64,000 nucleotides of DNA from an uncultured Chloroflexia bacterium (GCA_963728205.1 CAVSIV010000001.1:1152001-1216000), one strand, 5' to 3'; counted from the stretch's first letter, positions 42,212 to 52,150 are shown. The notes: generated by a model not told the origin, from the sequence alone. A program made the numbers and translations.

Positions 42212-42580
42212 TTAAACCTTCGGGCTGGTTCGGGCGAGCTCCTGCAAGCTCAGTTCGAGCGCTTTGGCGGCGATCTCGCGCATCTGCTGGATCAAGCGAC
42301 GCATCTCACGATCGTTGGCGATCCACTCTTGATAGAGCTGTGCCTGCTGCGCGGTGAGGCGGCGCGAGGCGGTCTTGCCGTGGAGCTTGGTCGACCACTG
42401 GTAGTACGGCCCGTGGAGGCGTGAGGGGTCGGTGCGGCAGTGGCAGCCGGGGGTGCTGCAGTGGGTGTAGCGACGAACGACGCTGCCCGACGAGATGAAC
42501 CCGATGGTCGCGAGCTGCGCGGCGAGCTGCGCGTACCGCCGCTCGTACGCGGCCAGCCGCGCGGCGCGTCGCTCCGCCAT
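42212..42580 (-). CDS. DUF6788-like protein
   Basis: 'GSVVRRYTHCSTPGCHC...HGPYYQW...GKT'. Confidence 0.75.
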   Translation of the reverse strand: MAERRAARLAAYERRYAQLAAQLATIGFISSGSVVRRYTHCSTPGCHCRTDPSRLHGPYYQWSTKLHGKTASRRLTAQQAQLYQEWIANDREMRRLIQQMREIAAKALELSLQELARTSPKV

Positions 42581-42686
42581 CGCGCTTCCTCTCCCGCGCG
42601 CGCATGGTACCGCCAGGCGCAATCAGTATGTAGACTGATCGTCACAGCGCGCGGGGAGACGCAGCGGCAGGGGTCGGGAGACCCCC

Positions 42687-43932
42687 ATGGACGAAGCACC
42701 GGCTGGCAGCCCGGATGCGCAGACGCTGGTCCGGTTCCGCCGTGGGCTGCACGGGTGCCTGGCGCGCTGGGACGACGCGCTGTTCGAGCTGGGCGACGCA
42801 CTGCTGGGCGCGCCGGGTTCGGTGAGCTCGGTACCGGCGCTCAGCCTCGAGCCCGAGTTCCGCCGCTCACACGGCAGCCTCTACAAGGCCCTCGCCCGCG
42901 GACAGATCGACGGGGACGCGCCGCGCCGGCTGTGCTCGTCGCGCACCGGCCCGCGCGCTGGCCGCTGGTGTTCGCCGTCGACGCCTCGACCTGGGCGCGC
43001 TGCGACGCGGAGTGCAGCCCGGAACGCGGCTTCTACTACTCCGCGTCGCGCCACTCGACGCGACCACCATGACCGCGCAGCAGGTGCAGCGCCTGGTCGC
43101 GCTGCTGCCCGCCGACGGCCCCGCTCCGCTGTTCGTCTTCGACGCCGGCTGCGATCCGATCGCGCTCAGTGTCGGGCTCGCCGACTGCCACGCCGCGGTG
43201 CTGGTCCGCATCCGCTCGGACCGCGTGTTCTACCCCGATCCCGCCCCCTCCGCCGGGGCCGTCGGTCGTCCGCGCCGTCACGGACCGCGCTGCGCGCTCG
43301 CCGCTCCGGACGCCCTGCCCACGGCGGATGCCCGTCTCACCGTCGACCACCCGCGCTACGGCACGGTCCGGGTGACGGCCTGGCACGGCCTGCACCCCAA
43401 GCTCCACCGCCGCGGCCGCTGGGCCGGCGAGGGCCTCCCGCCGATCGTGCGCGGCACGGTGCTGCGGGTCGAGGTCGACCATCTGCCGAAGCCGACCGCC
43501 CGCGCCAAGAAGACCCTCTGGCTGTGGTGGTCCGGTGCGGGCGCACCCGATCTCGACACCTGCTGGCGCGCCTACCTGCGCCGCTTCGACATCGAGCACA
43601 CGTTCCGCTTCATCAAGTCCACGCCGGGCTGGACCACCCCCGCGCTCTGCCATCCGCAACAGGCCGACCGCTGGAGCTGGCTGATCGCCGCCGTCTATAC
43701 GCAGTTGCGGCTCGCTCGCGGCCTCATCGCCGACCTCCGGCTGCCATGGGAGCGCCCCCGCGACCCCACCAAGCTCACCCCCGCCAGGGTGCGCCGGGGT
43801 TTCCGTCGACTGGCCGCTCTCCTCGGCACGCCGGCCAGTGCACCGAAACCCAGCCGGGCCGGCCCCGGACGCCCCAAAGGCACCCGCAGACCGCCTCGAA
43901 CCCGCTATCCGGCAGTCAAGAAAGCCGCCTGA
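42687..43932 (+). pseudogene. IS701-related DDE transposase with frameshift and probable internal deletion near 43060
   Basis: 'DALFELGDALL', 'FAVDASTW', 'FVFDAG', 'YLRRFDIEHTFRF', 'LPWERP', 'GPGRPKG'. Confidence 0.8.
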
Positions 43933-44234
43933 GCGCCGCCACGAGGTTCAATCGCAAGCTCAGAACCGGATCGTCAGTCGGAATGGGGCACCGACCGTTT
44001 CGCACGAGCGCGTCGTCATGCCGATGTTCACGTGCCTGGAACGCCCCGCCCACGAGCCGGGCCGGATAGGGACGAGACGGGACCAGACGGGACGGGGCGG
44101 CACGAGCAGGTACAGCGTCGGCGACTCTATGCGGCGTGGGAGTCACTTGGCCACGCGATACCTCGCGCATCCCAATCGTGGTCGACTCGGTGCGGAAGCA
44201 CGAGCCGTCGGCTTGGAGTTACCAGAGATGGGGC

Positions 44235-44251
44235 CTCCCCCGTCTCCACCA
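44235..44251 (+). other. tmRNA (ssrA) 3'-end fragment, putative att site
   Basis: CTCCCCCGTCTCCACCA: acceptor 3' strand with U70, A73 and CCA; no upstream gene body. Confidence 0.55.
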
Positions 44252-44260
44252 GCCCACTAC

Positions 44261-44293
44261 AAACGGGGCGCCAACGGGCGCTCCGTTTCGTTT
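44261..44293 (+). terminator. intrinsic terminator
   Basis: AAACGGGGCGCC / GGCGCTCCGTTT stem followed by CGTTT. Confidence 0.65.
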
Positions 44294-44447
44294 GTCCACC
44301 ACGGACATGCACAACTCTTCGCTCAGCACCCGACCGGGCGAGCGTCGATGCCGCTCCTTGGGTCGACGACTCTCCCCCAGGCCTGCGCGCACCGAACCAT
44401 GAGCACGGCGGCGCACAAACCGTCGTCGCGGTGCCCGGGCGAGCCCT

Positions 44448-44801
44448 TCAGACGGGGCATCCCATGTCCGCGCCGGCGTCCGGATCGACCGCCAGACCGA
44501 TGGCGGGGCCGCGGCCGAGCCGCAGCGTCGCTGGAACGCTGCGGTCGGCGAGCGTGAGCACGTAACGGCCGGGCTGTGGCAGCAGCGAGTGCTCGGGCGC
44601 GAAGTCGATCGTCGGGGGCGCACCGGGCACGGTCGGACAGAGGAGGCGGCCGACGGCGATCAGGCTGCCACGCCCGTCGCCGACCAGCACCCGCGTCCCA
44701 TCCAGCGACGACCCGGCCGCCTGCGCGGCTGGAGCCGCGGTGCCGGCTCCGATCGGAGCGTCGACCGCTTCCCGGATCTGAGCGTCGCGTGTGGCGGACA
44801 T
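44448..44801 (-). CDS. hypothetical protein
   Basis: GAGGAGG RBS, 117 aa. Confidence 0.5.
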   Translation of the reverse strand: MSATRDAQIREAVDAPIGAGTAAPAAQAAGSSLDGTRVLVGDGRGSLIAVGRLLCPTVPGAPPTIDFAPEHSLLPQPGRYVLTLADRSVPATLRLGRGPAIGLAVDPDAGADMGCPV

Positions 44802-44916
44802 CACTTCCTCCTCAGCGGTGGAAGCGCCGGCGTGGTTCGCCCGGGTCGCTCCCACCGGTCATGTGTTCTCGTGTTCGCGTGCGCCCTTGCCGACGCAGCG
44901 ACGCGCGCCGGATCGG

Positions 44917-45318
44917 TCAGCCGGACGCCGCCCCGGCATGAGGGTCGCCGGCGACCGTGACCAGGAACGCGCAGTCTTCCTGCGCGGTCAGCGCGTGCGC
45001 CACGCCGGTGTCGAGCACGACCATGCCGCCCCGGCCGAGGCTGACGGATCCCGCATCGCTCGTGAGCGCCATGCGTCCCGCGAGCACCTGGACCGACGCG
45101 GGGGCGTCCACATGGTGCTCCTGGACCACGGTCCCCTCGCGCAGACCGACCACCGTCACGCGCAGCGGGCCCTCCTTCACGAGCGTCTTCGCGATGCGCC
45201 CGCCCAGTGCCCCGCGCGCCTGCTCGAGGAGGTCGGCGACCTCCGCGTCCAGCTCGAACTCCAGCTGTCGGGCTGCGAGCGTGTGGGTTCGCGCGTATGT
45301 CGACTCGTGTGCTGTCAT
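44917..45318 (-). CDS. cupin-domain protein
   Basis: 'AKTLVKEGPLRV...EHHVDAPASVQVLAG...VAHALTA'. Confidence 0.85.
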   Translation of the reverse strand: MTAHESTYARTHTLAARQLEFELDAEVADLLEQARGALGGRIAKTLVKEGPLRVTVVGLREGTVVQEHHVDAPASVQVLAGRMALTSDAGSVSLGRGGMVVLDTGVAHALTAQEDCAFLVTVAGDPHAGAASG

Positions 45319-45447
45319 GATGTCTCCTCCTCGTCGGCCGCTCCCGACGGCGTTCGCTCGTCGCCGGTCGATCCGACCGTATGGCGCGGATGCCGGTTCA
45401 TCGCCCGGCGAACGTCCCGGCTCGCGGCTCGTCGGTCTCGAGAGTTC

Positions 45448-45461
45448 GGGACCTTCGGTCT
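45448..45461. promoter_or_regulatory. DosR-like box
   Basis: GGGACCTTCGGTCT in a divergent intergenic region; related copies at 49593 and 52002. Confidence 0.55.
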
Positions 45462-45547
45462 CGGGGAAGCGTGGGGACGCCCCGCGTCCTGGCGTCGGAG
45501 GGGTCGCTAGACTGGGGATTCCGAATCTCCGCGACGAAGGGGCATCC

Positions 45548-45997
45548 ATGACGCGCCCTACGAGCGTGTTGCTCGTCGACGACCAGCCGGTGGCGCGCAT
45601 CGGCCTGCGGGCCGTGCTCGAGGGTGGCGGGCGCTTCTCCGTCGTCGGCGAAGCGGACTCCGTGAGCCGGGCCGCCATGCGCGCCGTCGAGGTCCAGCCC
45701 GAACTCGTCATCGTGGCGCTCCGGCTCCCGGACGGCAGCGGCGTTGACGCCATCCGCGCCGTCCAGTCCGCGGTGCCGGGTGCGCGGTGCGTCCTGTTCT
45801 CACCGGAGCAGGACGACGAGGCTGTGATGGAGGCGTTCGCCGTCGGCGCCTCGGGATTCCTGCTCAAGACCCTCGAACCCGACCTCATCGTCGAGTGGCT
45901 CGAGGTCGTCGCCGCGGGCGGCTTCGCGCTCGGCCCGGTGATGACCGAGCGCCTGCTCGTGCGCTACCGCGACGCGAAGACGTGGACCGGGTCGTGA
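45548..45997 (+). CDS. stand-alone DosR/NarL-like receiver domain lacking the phospho-Asp and the HTH
   Basis: 'LLVDDQPVARIGL', 'VIVALRLPDGSG', 'GASGFLLK'. Confidence 0.8.
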   Translation: MTRPTSVLLVDDQPVARIGLRAVLEGGGRFSVVGEADSVSRAAMRAVEVQPELVIVALRLPDGSGVDAIRAVQSAVPGARCVLFSPEQDDEAVMEAFAVGASGFLLKTLEPDLIVEWLEVVAAGGFALGPVMTERLLVRYRDAKTWTGS

Positions 45998-46014
45998 CGG
46001 ACGGGGGGCACGCG

Positions 46015-46557
46015 ATGCCACCCGACGACCGGCGAGCTGCGGGCGCGCCCGGCGACGACGCGGACATGAGCGCCGCTCTTGCGGCCGAGGACCCGACCGC
46101 GCTGCTGCGTGCGGAACATCGACGCCTGCGCGCCGACCTGCGGTCTCTCCGCGACCTCGTCCAGTCGGACGCGGCGGGCGCGGATGTTCGCGCGCGGGAG
46201 GCGCTCGCCGCGCTGCGCGAGCGGGTGTCGCGGCATGCCCGGATCGAGGAGGAGGTCTACCTGCCGGGCATCGAGGCGCTGCTCGGCGACGACGCGGCGG
46301 CGACCGCGGAGGAGGCGAAGGGCGAGCACGACGGGATCACCATCCGTGCGAGCCAGCTCGCGGAGGCGCTGGCAGGTAGCGGGGAGCGCGAGCTCGCGCT
46401 CCGCCATTTCGAGCGGTCGCTCACGATCCACTTCGACAACGAGGAAGAGCAGTTCCTCGACGTCGCGGACCGGCGGCTGACTCCCGGGCGCCAGCGCGAC
46501 CTGTTCCGCCGCATGCGCGCGTGGCAGGCTCGCGAGGAGGGCGCGCACTCCCCCTGA
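46015..46557 (+). CDS. hemerythrin-domain protein
   Basis: 'LRAEH', 'HARIEEEVYLP', 'EH', 'HFDNEE'. Confidence 0.85.
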   Translation: MPPDDRRAAGAPGDDADMSAALAAEDPTALLRAEHRRLRADLRSLRDLVQSDAAGADVRAREALAALRERVSRHARIEEEVYLPGIEALLGDDAAATAEEAKGEHDGITIRASQLAEALAGSGERELALRHFERSLTIHFDNEEEQFLDVADRRLTPGRQRDLFRRMRAWQAREEGAHSP

Positions 46558-46595
46558 CCGGCGCGACGCGCGCCGGCCGGCCTCCCGTCGGTACG

Positions 46596-47990
46596 TCAGC
46601 CGACGGGCGCCTCGACGGCGCGCGCCCCGCCCGCCTCCCCGCCGCAGAGCGGCCACGCGACGACGGCGAAGCACGCGAGCGCCGCGAGCCCGAGGACGCC
46701 CGAGAGCGCGAGCGTTGCGGTCGCGCCGGCGGCGATCACGCCCCCGGCGAGGCGGAGCACGACCGATGCGTTGAGCAGCGCGAACGCGGCGTCCATCGCG
46801 CGCGGCATCGGGAGCGGCCGCCCTTCGAACAGCGGCAGCACGCGCGCGGCGAAGCCAAAGATCGTCATCGTCACGAAGCCCATCGCGAACGTGTGCAGTC
46901 CGGGCAACGCCCGCAGCGGCCGGGCCGCGCCGGCGAGGTCTTCGACGGCGGCGACGACCAGCAGCACCGCCGCGACGACCAGCCACCCGTACGCCGCGCG
47001 GAGGAACCAGGCGAAACGCGCGTACGTGGCCGGGGCAGCGTCCGCGCCCGGCGGCGCTTCGGGGGGCGCCCCACCACGCGTCGCCGGCGGTCGCGCCGGA
47101 TCGAACACGCGCAGCGCGACGGCGAACGCGACGGCGCCGGCGGCCCACAGCAGCGTCCCCCCGGCCGCGACGCCCGCCGGGGCGGCCGCCGCCGCGGCTA
47201 CGGTTGTCCACGCGACGCCCGCGTTCACCGCCACGAACGCGACGCGCTCCACCCGCGCCCGCCGCGCCTGCAGTCGCAGGAAGCCCGCCGACGCTCGCAG
47301 CGAGACGCCGAAGAGGAAGTCGCCGAGGAAACCGAATGTCCCCGCGGACACGACCGCCGCGTCGAGGGACGGCGACGCCACCGCGCTGCCGTCGCGCGCC
47401 ATCCGCGCGGTGAGTGCGAGATGGAGCGCCGCCGCCACGACCGCCCACGCGAGCCCCGCCCAGGCCCAGCGCTCGAACGGCACGGCCGAGGGCGTGCCTC
47501 GCCGCAGGGGGCCGGCGAGCGCCGCGGCCAGCACCGCGACGCCTGCGAGCAGTGCCGGCCCGGACGCCGCGATTGCCCCGGCGCCGAGCCACGCGGCGTC
47601 TCCGCCGGCGACCGCGAACTGTCCGCCGGCGCGCAGCGCGATCGCCATGAGGATCAGCGCCAGGCCGGCCCGCTGCGGCCACGGGAACGCGATGCGTGCG
47701 TTGCCGCGAAACCGCGGCACGACGTGGCTCGCGATGCCGAAGACGAAGAGCCCCGCCCACCCGAACACCTGCGCGACGCCGTGAGGCTGCACCGCCCCCG
47801 CCCACGGGATCGCGTCGCTGCCGGCAGCCTGCTCGCCGAGCATGGCGGCGCCGAGCGTGAAGCCCAGCGTCAGCCCCACGACCAGCGCCGCGCGGACGAA
47901 CGGGCGGTAGAGGCGCTGCCGCGCCCAGGGCGTCGGCGCGTAGCGCGCGGGTCGGGCCCGTGCCGTCCCCTGTCGTCCCGCCTCCGGCAT
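46596..47990 (-). CDS. nnrS: NnrS-family membrane protein
   Basis: 'HGVAQVFGWAGLFVFG...VPRF', 'HTFAMGF...IFG...RVLP'; many TMs. Confidence 0.75.
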   Translation of the reverse strand: MPEAGRQGTARARPARYAPTPWARQRLYRPFVRAALVVGLTLGFTLGAAMLGEQAAGSDAIPWAGAVQPHGVAQVFGWAGLFVFGIASHVVPRFRGNARIAFPWPQRAGLALILMAIALRAGGQFAVAGGDAAWLGAGAIAASGPALLAGVAVLAAALAGPLRRGTPSAVPFERWAWAGLAWAVVAAALHLALTARMARDGSAVASPSLDAAVVSAGTFGFLGDFLFGVSLRASAGFLRLQARRARVERVAFVAVNAGVAWTTVAAAAAAPAGVAAGGTLLWAAGAVAFAVALRVFDPARPPATRGGAPPEAPPGADAAPATYARFAWFLRAAYGWLVVAAVLLVVAAVEDLAGAARPLRALPGLHTFAMGFVTMTIFGFAARVLPLFEGRPLPMPRAMDAAFALLNASVVLRLAGGVIAAGATATLALSGVLGLAALACFAVVAWPLCGGEAGGARAVEAPVG

Positions 47991-49021
47991 CACCGCGCAG
48001 ACGGCTCCGCGTCCGCGTCCGTACCCGTGCCCGTGTCCGCATCGACGTCGACGTCGATGCTCGAGCCGAGCGCGCGGAGCACGGCCTCGGCCTCCGCCAC
48101 GATCCCCTCGACGATGCGCGCCGCCGGCCGGACCTCGTGCACGAGGCCGACAATCTGGCCGGCGTACGCGGGTGTCGGGTCGCGGTCGTCGCCGGGGCCG
48201 GGCTCGCCGATCGCGCCTGCGCGCCCGCGCCGGAGTGCGTCCTCGCGGCCGTGCCAGCGCTCGTTGAAGGGCGTGCGCACGGTGCGTCCCTGCACGCCGT
48301 CGGGCCACGCCATGTCGATCGCGATGTCGTGCACCGCCGTCCAGACGGTGTCGTCGGCGCCCGCGGCCAGGAGCCGCTCGCGGTGCAGCGGCCATGGTTG
48401 CCGCACCTCCTCGGCCGCGAGCAGCGCGGTGCCGAGCACCGCGCCCTGGGCGCCGAGCGCCAGCGCCGCCGCGAGCCCCCGCCCGGTGGCGATGCCGCCC
48501 GCGGCGAGCACGGGCGTCTGCCCGGCGATCGCGACGACCTGCGGGACGAACGCGAGCGTTCCGATCTGCCCGGTGTGGCCGCCCGCCTCGCCGCCCTGCG
48601 CGATCAGCACGTCGACGCCGGCGGCCAGCGCTCGCTCGGCGTCGCGCATCGTCTGGGCCTGGTGCATCACCGTGACGCCGGCGTCGTGCAGCCGCGCGAC
48701 GTACGGCGACGGGTCGGTGAACGAGAGCGTGACGACGGGGACGCCGGCCTCCACGCAGACGTCGAGCGCGGACGGCGGGTCCGGCAGCGCGTGCGCGATG
48801 AAGTTCACCGCGAAGGGCGCGGACGTGAGCGACCGGCAGAGCGCGAGGTGCGCACGGAGCCGGTCGACGCTGCCCCGCCCGGTCGCGCCGCCGATGCTCC
48901 CGAGGCCGCCGGCCTCGCTCACGGCGGCGGCGAGCTCCGGGCCCGCCGACCCGGCCATGCCGGCGCCGACGATCGGCACGCGGATGCCGAGCCGATCGCA
49001 GAGCGGCGTGTGGAGGGTCAC
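47990..49021 (-). CDS. nitronate monooxygenase/FabK-family flavoprotein
   Basis: 'PIVGAGM', 'AVSEAGGLG', 'QGGEAGGH', 'LAAGGI', 'LGAQGAVLGT'. Confidence 0.88.
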   Translation of the reverse strand: MTLHTPLCDRLGIRVPIVGAGMAGSAGPELAAAVSEAGGLGSIGGATGRGSVDRLRAHLALCRSLTSAPFAVNFIAHALPDPPSALDVCVEAGVPVVTLSFTDPSPYVARLHDAGVTVMHQAQTMRDAERALAAGVDVLIAQGGEAGGHTGQIGTLAFVPQVVAIAGQTPVLAAGGIATGRGLAAALALGAQGAVLGTALLAAEEVRQPWPLHRERLLAAGADDTVWTAVHDIAIDMAWPDGVQGRTVRTPFNERWHGREDALRRGRAGAIGEPGPGDDRDPTPAYAGQIVGLVHEVRPAARIVEGIVAEAEAVLRALGSSIDVDVDADTGTGTDADAEPSAR

Positions 49022-49442
49022 GGTGCCGCCGCCCGGGACCGCGGCCGGCGCGGCGGCGCCGGCGCGATCCCGCGCAGGTAGACCGGGGCGCGCAGCTGCG
49101 CATCGAGCGGCCCGCTCTTCGCGGGCGCGGCTCCGAGCGCGCGGCTGACGTCGAGGATCGCGGGGCGCCGCGCCTCGGTGCGGCTGGAGCGCGCCGGGTC
49201 CCCGAACCATCGCTCGCCGGCTTCGAGCACCGCCCGGATCGGGTTGGACGCTGCGTTCTTGCCCGGGGGGCGCATGTGGGGCACTGGCTTCCTCCGCACC
49301 CTCGGCTGCTCCTCGCAACCGGAGCGTACGACCGCCGACGGCGGGCGCCCACTCCTCGGCGCACCCGGCCCGCGTGGTCTCATGGGACCTCTCGACGCTG
49401 GTGCCTGCGGAGGGAGGGCAGCGCCGTCGCGCTAACTTCCGC

Positions 49443-49574
49443 GCTGCCGCTGCCGCTGCCGCTGCCGCTGCCGCTGCCGCTGCCGCTGCCGCTGCCGCTG
49501 CCGCTGCCGCTGCCGCTGCCGCTGCCGCTGCCGCTGCCGCTGCCGCTGCCGCTGCCGCTGCCGCTGCCGCTGCC
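49443..49574. repeat. perfect simple sequence repeat (GCTGCC)22
   Basis: 132-bp uninterrupted hexamer tract. Confidence 0.95.
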
Positions 49575-49592
49575 CTTCGTCGGGGGGCGATC

Positions 49593-49606
49593 GGGCCGAA
49601 GGTCCC
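49593..49606. promoter_or_regulatory. DosR-like box
   Basis: GGGCCGAAGGTCCC, reverse complement GGGACCTTCGGCCC. Confidence 0.55.
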
Positions 49607-49652
49607 TGCCTGCCCCGGACCGCGGCTGGGAGGCTGACGCGAGGAGTTGCCT

Positions 49653-50811
49653 GTGCCTGCACCCCGCGCCCCCCGGCCCGCCGCCCGCCGCACGCGCGAG
49701 CTCGAGTTGCTCTACTCGCTCAGCTCGACCGCGCTGGCCCACACCGACCTCGACGACATCCTGCGCGATGCGCTGCGGCTCGTCGTTGCCGGTGCGGGCG
49801 CCGACGCCGGCGAGATCTGGGTCCACGACGCGGACGACGGCGCCGTGCGTCTGCGTGCGCTGCACGCCATGGACGATTCGTTCCTCGAGCGCGAGCGGTT
49901 CGCCGTCGGCGAGGGCCTTCCCGGTCTCGCCGTGCAGCAGTGCGTGAGCCTCCGCACCGACCTTCGCACCGACGGGCGCTTCGTGAGGCGCTCCGTCGTC
50001 GACGCCGGCTTCACGACGTTCCACGTCGTGCCGATGCGCGCCGGCGGGGCGGTGGAAGGTGCGCTGTGCCTCGCGTACCGCGTGCCCGCGCGGCGTCGCC
50101 CGTCGCACGAGCGTCTGCTGACGCGCGTGGCGAACGAGCTGGCCCTCGTGCTCACCAACCATCGACTGCAGCAAGAGCGCTTCGCGGCGCTGCAGCGGCT
50201 CGAGGGGCTGGGCATCCGCGACGCGGTGTCGCGGGAGCTCCAGGATCACGTCATGCAGGTCCTCTTCTCGGTCGGCCTCGCGCTCCGGCGGGTCGGCGGC
50301 GCCGGGCCCTCCGACACGTACGTGCTCGAGAAGGCCGCCTCCGACCTCGGCGCCGTGATCCGCGACATGCGCGGGCTGCTGCTGGACCTCGAGCGCGAGC
50401 CGACGACCTTCGGCTCGGCGCACAGCCTGCAGGGCCGCATCGCGGCGCTCCTGGCCGTCGGAGGGGCGGGCCCGTCGTGGAACCTCGAGTTCGACATCGG
50501 GGACGTCCGCATCGACCCTCGGTCCGAGGTCGAGCTGTACCTCGTCGCGCGCGAGCTCATCGCGAACGTGCACGCCCATGCGAACGCCGAGCGCGGGATG
50601 GTCGCCTTCGCACGCCGAGGCGACGTCATCGAGATCGAGGTCACGCGACGACGGGATGGGGTTCGACGTGGAACGTGCGCGCGCCGGCGCGGTCGGCCTC
50701 GCCGATGTCGAGGAGCGTGTCGCGCGGCTCGGCGGTGCGGTGGCGATCGACTCCCGTCACGGGCAGGGGACCGTTGTGCGGGTCTGCGTGCCCTCGTTGC
50801 CGCCGGTCTAG
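49653..50811 (+). CDS. GAF plus HisKA_3 DosS-like sensor kinase (H-box His replaced by Gln), frameshifted near 50645
   Basis: GAF 'GEGLPG'; 'SRELQDHVMQVLFSVGLAL'; N-box 'ELIANVHAHA'; 'DDGMGF'. Confidence 0.82.
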
Positions 50812-50852
50812 ACGCGGCTGCGCAAGCCCCACACAGCGCAAGGAGCCGCTCG

Positions 50853-51326
50853 TTACGGCCCGACTGCCGCCGACGGCCCGGCCGCCGGCGGCGCCGGCTC
50901 TCGACCGCCGAGTGCTCGATAAATCTCCGCCTCGGCGGCGAGATGCGACCCCACCAGCGTATGCAGGCCGTAGGCGATGCGGCGCACGTCGCGCATGTGC
51001 GACGGCAACTCCCGGCGCGTACGGATTGCCCGGCGGAACCCCGCCAGGTCCTCGGCTAGCCCCTCAATCACGCGGTGCTCGCGCGCGAGGGACAGTGCCG
51101 TCGTGGTGCCGCCACCAGCCCCGGCGATGCCCGGGTAGAGGCGGTCCTCCTCGGCCGCCGCGTGCGTCAGCAGGCGCGCATGCAGAAAGTCGATCGCGTC
51201 GTCGAGCAGCGGCAGCCAGACGTCGAGCGACCGATCGGCCGCGTCGCCGAGGGCGCGCAACTGCTCCAGGCCGGCGAGCAGGTCGCGATGCTCGTCATCG
51301 AGGCGAGCGAGGGTGGGCATGTTCAC
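50853..51326 (-). CDS. hemerythrin-domain protein
   Basis: 'EH', 'HAAAEEDRLYP', 'EH', 'HLAAE'. Confidence 0.85.
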   Translation of the reverse strand: MNMPTLARLDDEHRDLLAGLEQLRALGDAADRSLDVWLPLLDDAIDFLHARLLTHAAAEEDRLYPGIAGAGGGTTTALSLAREHRVIEGLAEDLAGFRRAIRTRRELPSHMRDVRRIAYGLHTLVGSHLAAEAEIYRALGGREPAPPAAGPSAAVGP

Positions 51327-51543
51327 GGGGCGCCTCCATCCGCCGGCCGGCGCGGCAACCTCGGCCGCGCACCGGAGCAGCCATCGTCCAGCGTGGGCGT
51401 GGGCGGTGCTGTGACTTCGGTCACGCCCTCACCGGGTCCGGGCGTGGAGTGCGCACAGCGCTCCGGCGGGTTCGGGCTCGCGCCGCCGGGCGTACGCCGC
51501 AGGGTGCGCGTGCCTGCTGGCAGAGAGGTCGAGAGCGTACCGC

Positions 51544-51894
51544 TCAGCGCCGCTCCTCGAGGAACTGCTTCAGCACGACGGCGTCGTTGTGGACGGTGTC
51601 CTTCGCGCCGTACACGAGCGTGACCCTTCCCCGCTGCGCCTCCTCGGCGATGCGCCGCACGGCGTCGTCGTGCGCTCTCAGCTCGGCGCGGTAGCGCTCC
51701 TGGAACTCGCTCCACTTCGCCGCGTCGTGTCCGAACCACTTGCGCAGCTCGGTGGACGGCGCGATGTCCTTCAGCCAGAGATCGACGCGCGCGGCCTCTT
51801 TCGACAGGCCACGCGGCCACAGTCGATCGACGAGGACGCGCGTGCCGTCGCCGCGCGCAGGTGGCTCGTACACGCGTCTCAGGCGTATCTCCAT
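51544..51894 (-). CDS. DUF488/YeaO-family protein
   Basis: 'RRVYEP...DGTRVLVDRLWPRGLSK...APSTELRKWFGH'. Confidence 0.92.
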   Translation of the reverse strand: MEIRLRRVYEPPARGDGTRVLVDRLWPRGLSKEAARVDLWLKDIAPSTELRKWFGHDAAKWSEFQERYRAELRAHDDAVRRIAEEAQRGRVTLVYGAKDTVHNDAVVLKQFLEERR

Positions 51895-52001
51895 GTGCCC
51901 GCTCCCACCAGCAGGATAGCCGCGGCGACCAGCTCGACCGTCAGACGGTTCGCCGCGGTCGACCGAGCGCCCGGAAGCCCGCCTACGACTCGAGGCATCG
52001 C

Positions 52002-52015
52002 GGGGCGAAGGTCCC
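52002..52015. promoter_or_regulatory. DosR-like box
   Basis: GGGGCGAAGGTCCC in a divergent intergenic region. Confidence 0.5.
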
Positions 52016-52150
52016 GGCCCCCGCCCGTTCTCATGGGGACGTGACGTGACGTTCGACCGCGGTGTGGGCCCTGGCTCGCGCCGTAGCGTGGGCGTCGACG
52101 TCCGAGCGCGCCACCGCGGCGCCTCCGCGTGCCCCCGAAGGAGCGACCAG

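Larger units (their letters stand above)
42199..43964. mobile_element. insertion sequence with 21-bp terminal inverted repeats
   Basis: TCTGAGCTTGCAATTAAACCT (42199-42219) versus AGGTTCAATCGCAAGCTCAGA (43944-43964), 19/21 match. Confidence 0.85.

Noticed and set aside
44225-44251. Intact tRNA-Ala or tmRNA gene
   Set aside because: Only the last 17 nt match; there is no TTCG T-loop or 5' part
49018-49383. Possible small gene upstream of the nitronate monooxygenase
   Set aside because: No recognisable motif in any frame, so a call cannot be supported
49276-49947. Poly-Ala, LP, GS and QR repeat proteins across the hexamer tract
   Set aside because: These are translations of the simple repeat; the flanks are not protein-like and the real genes start outside it
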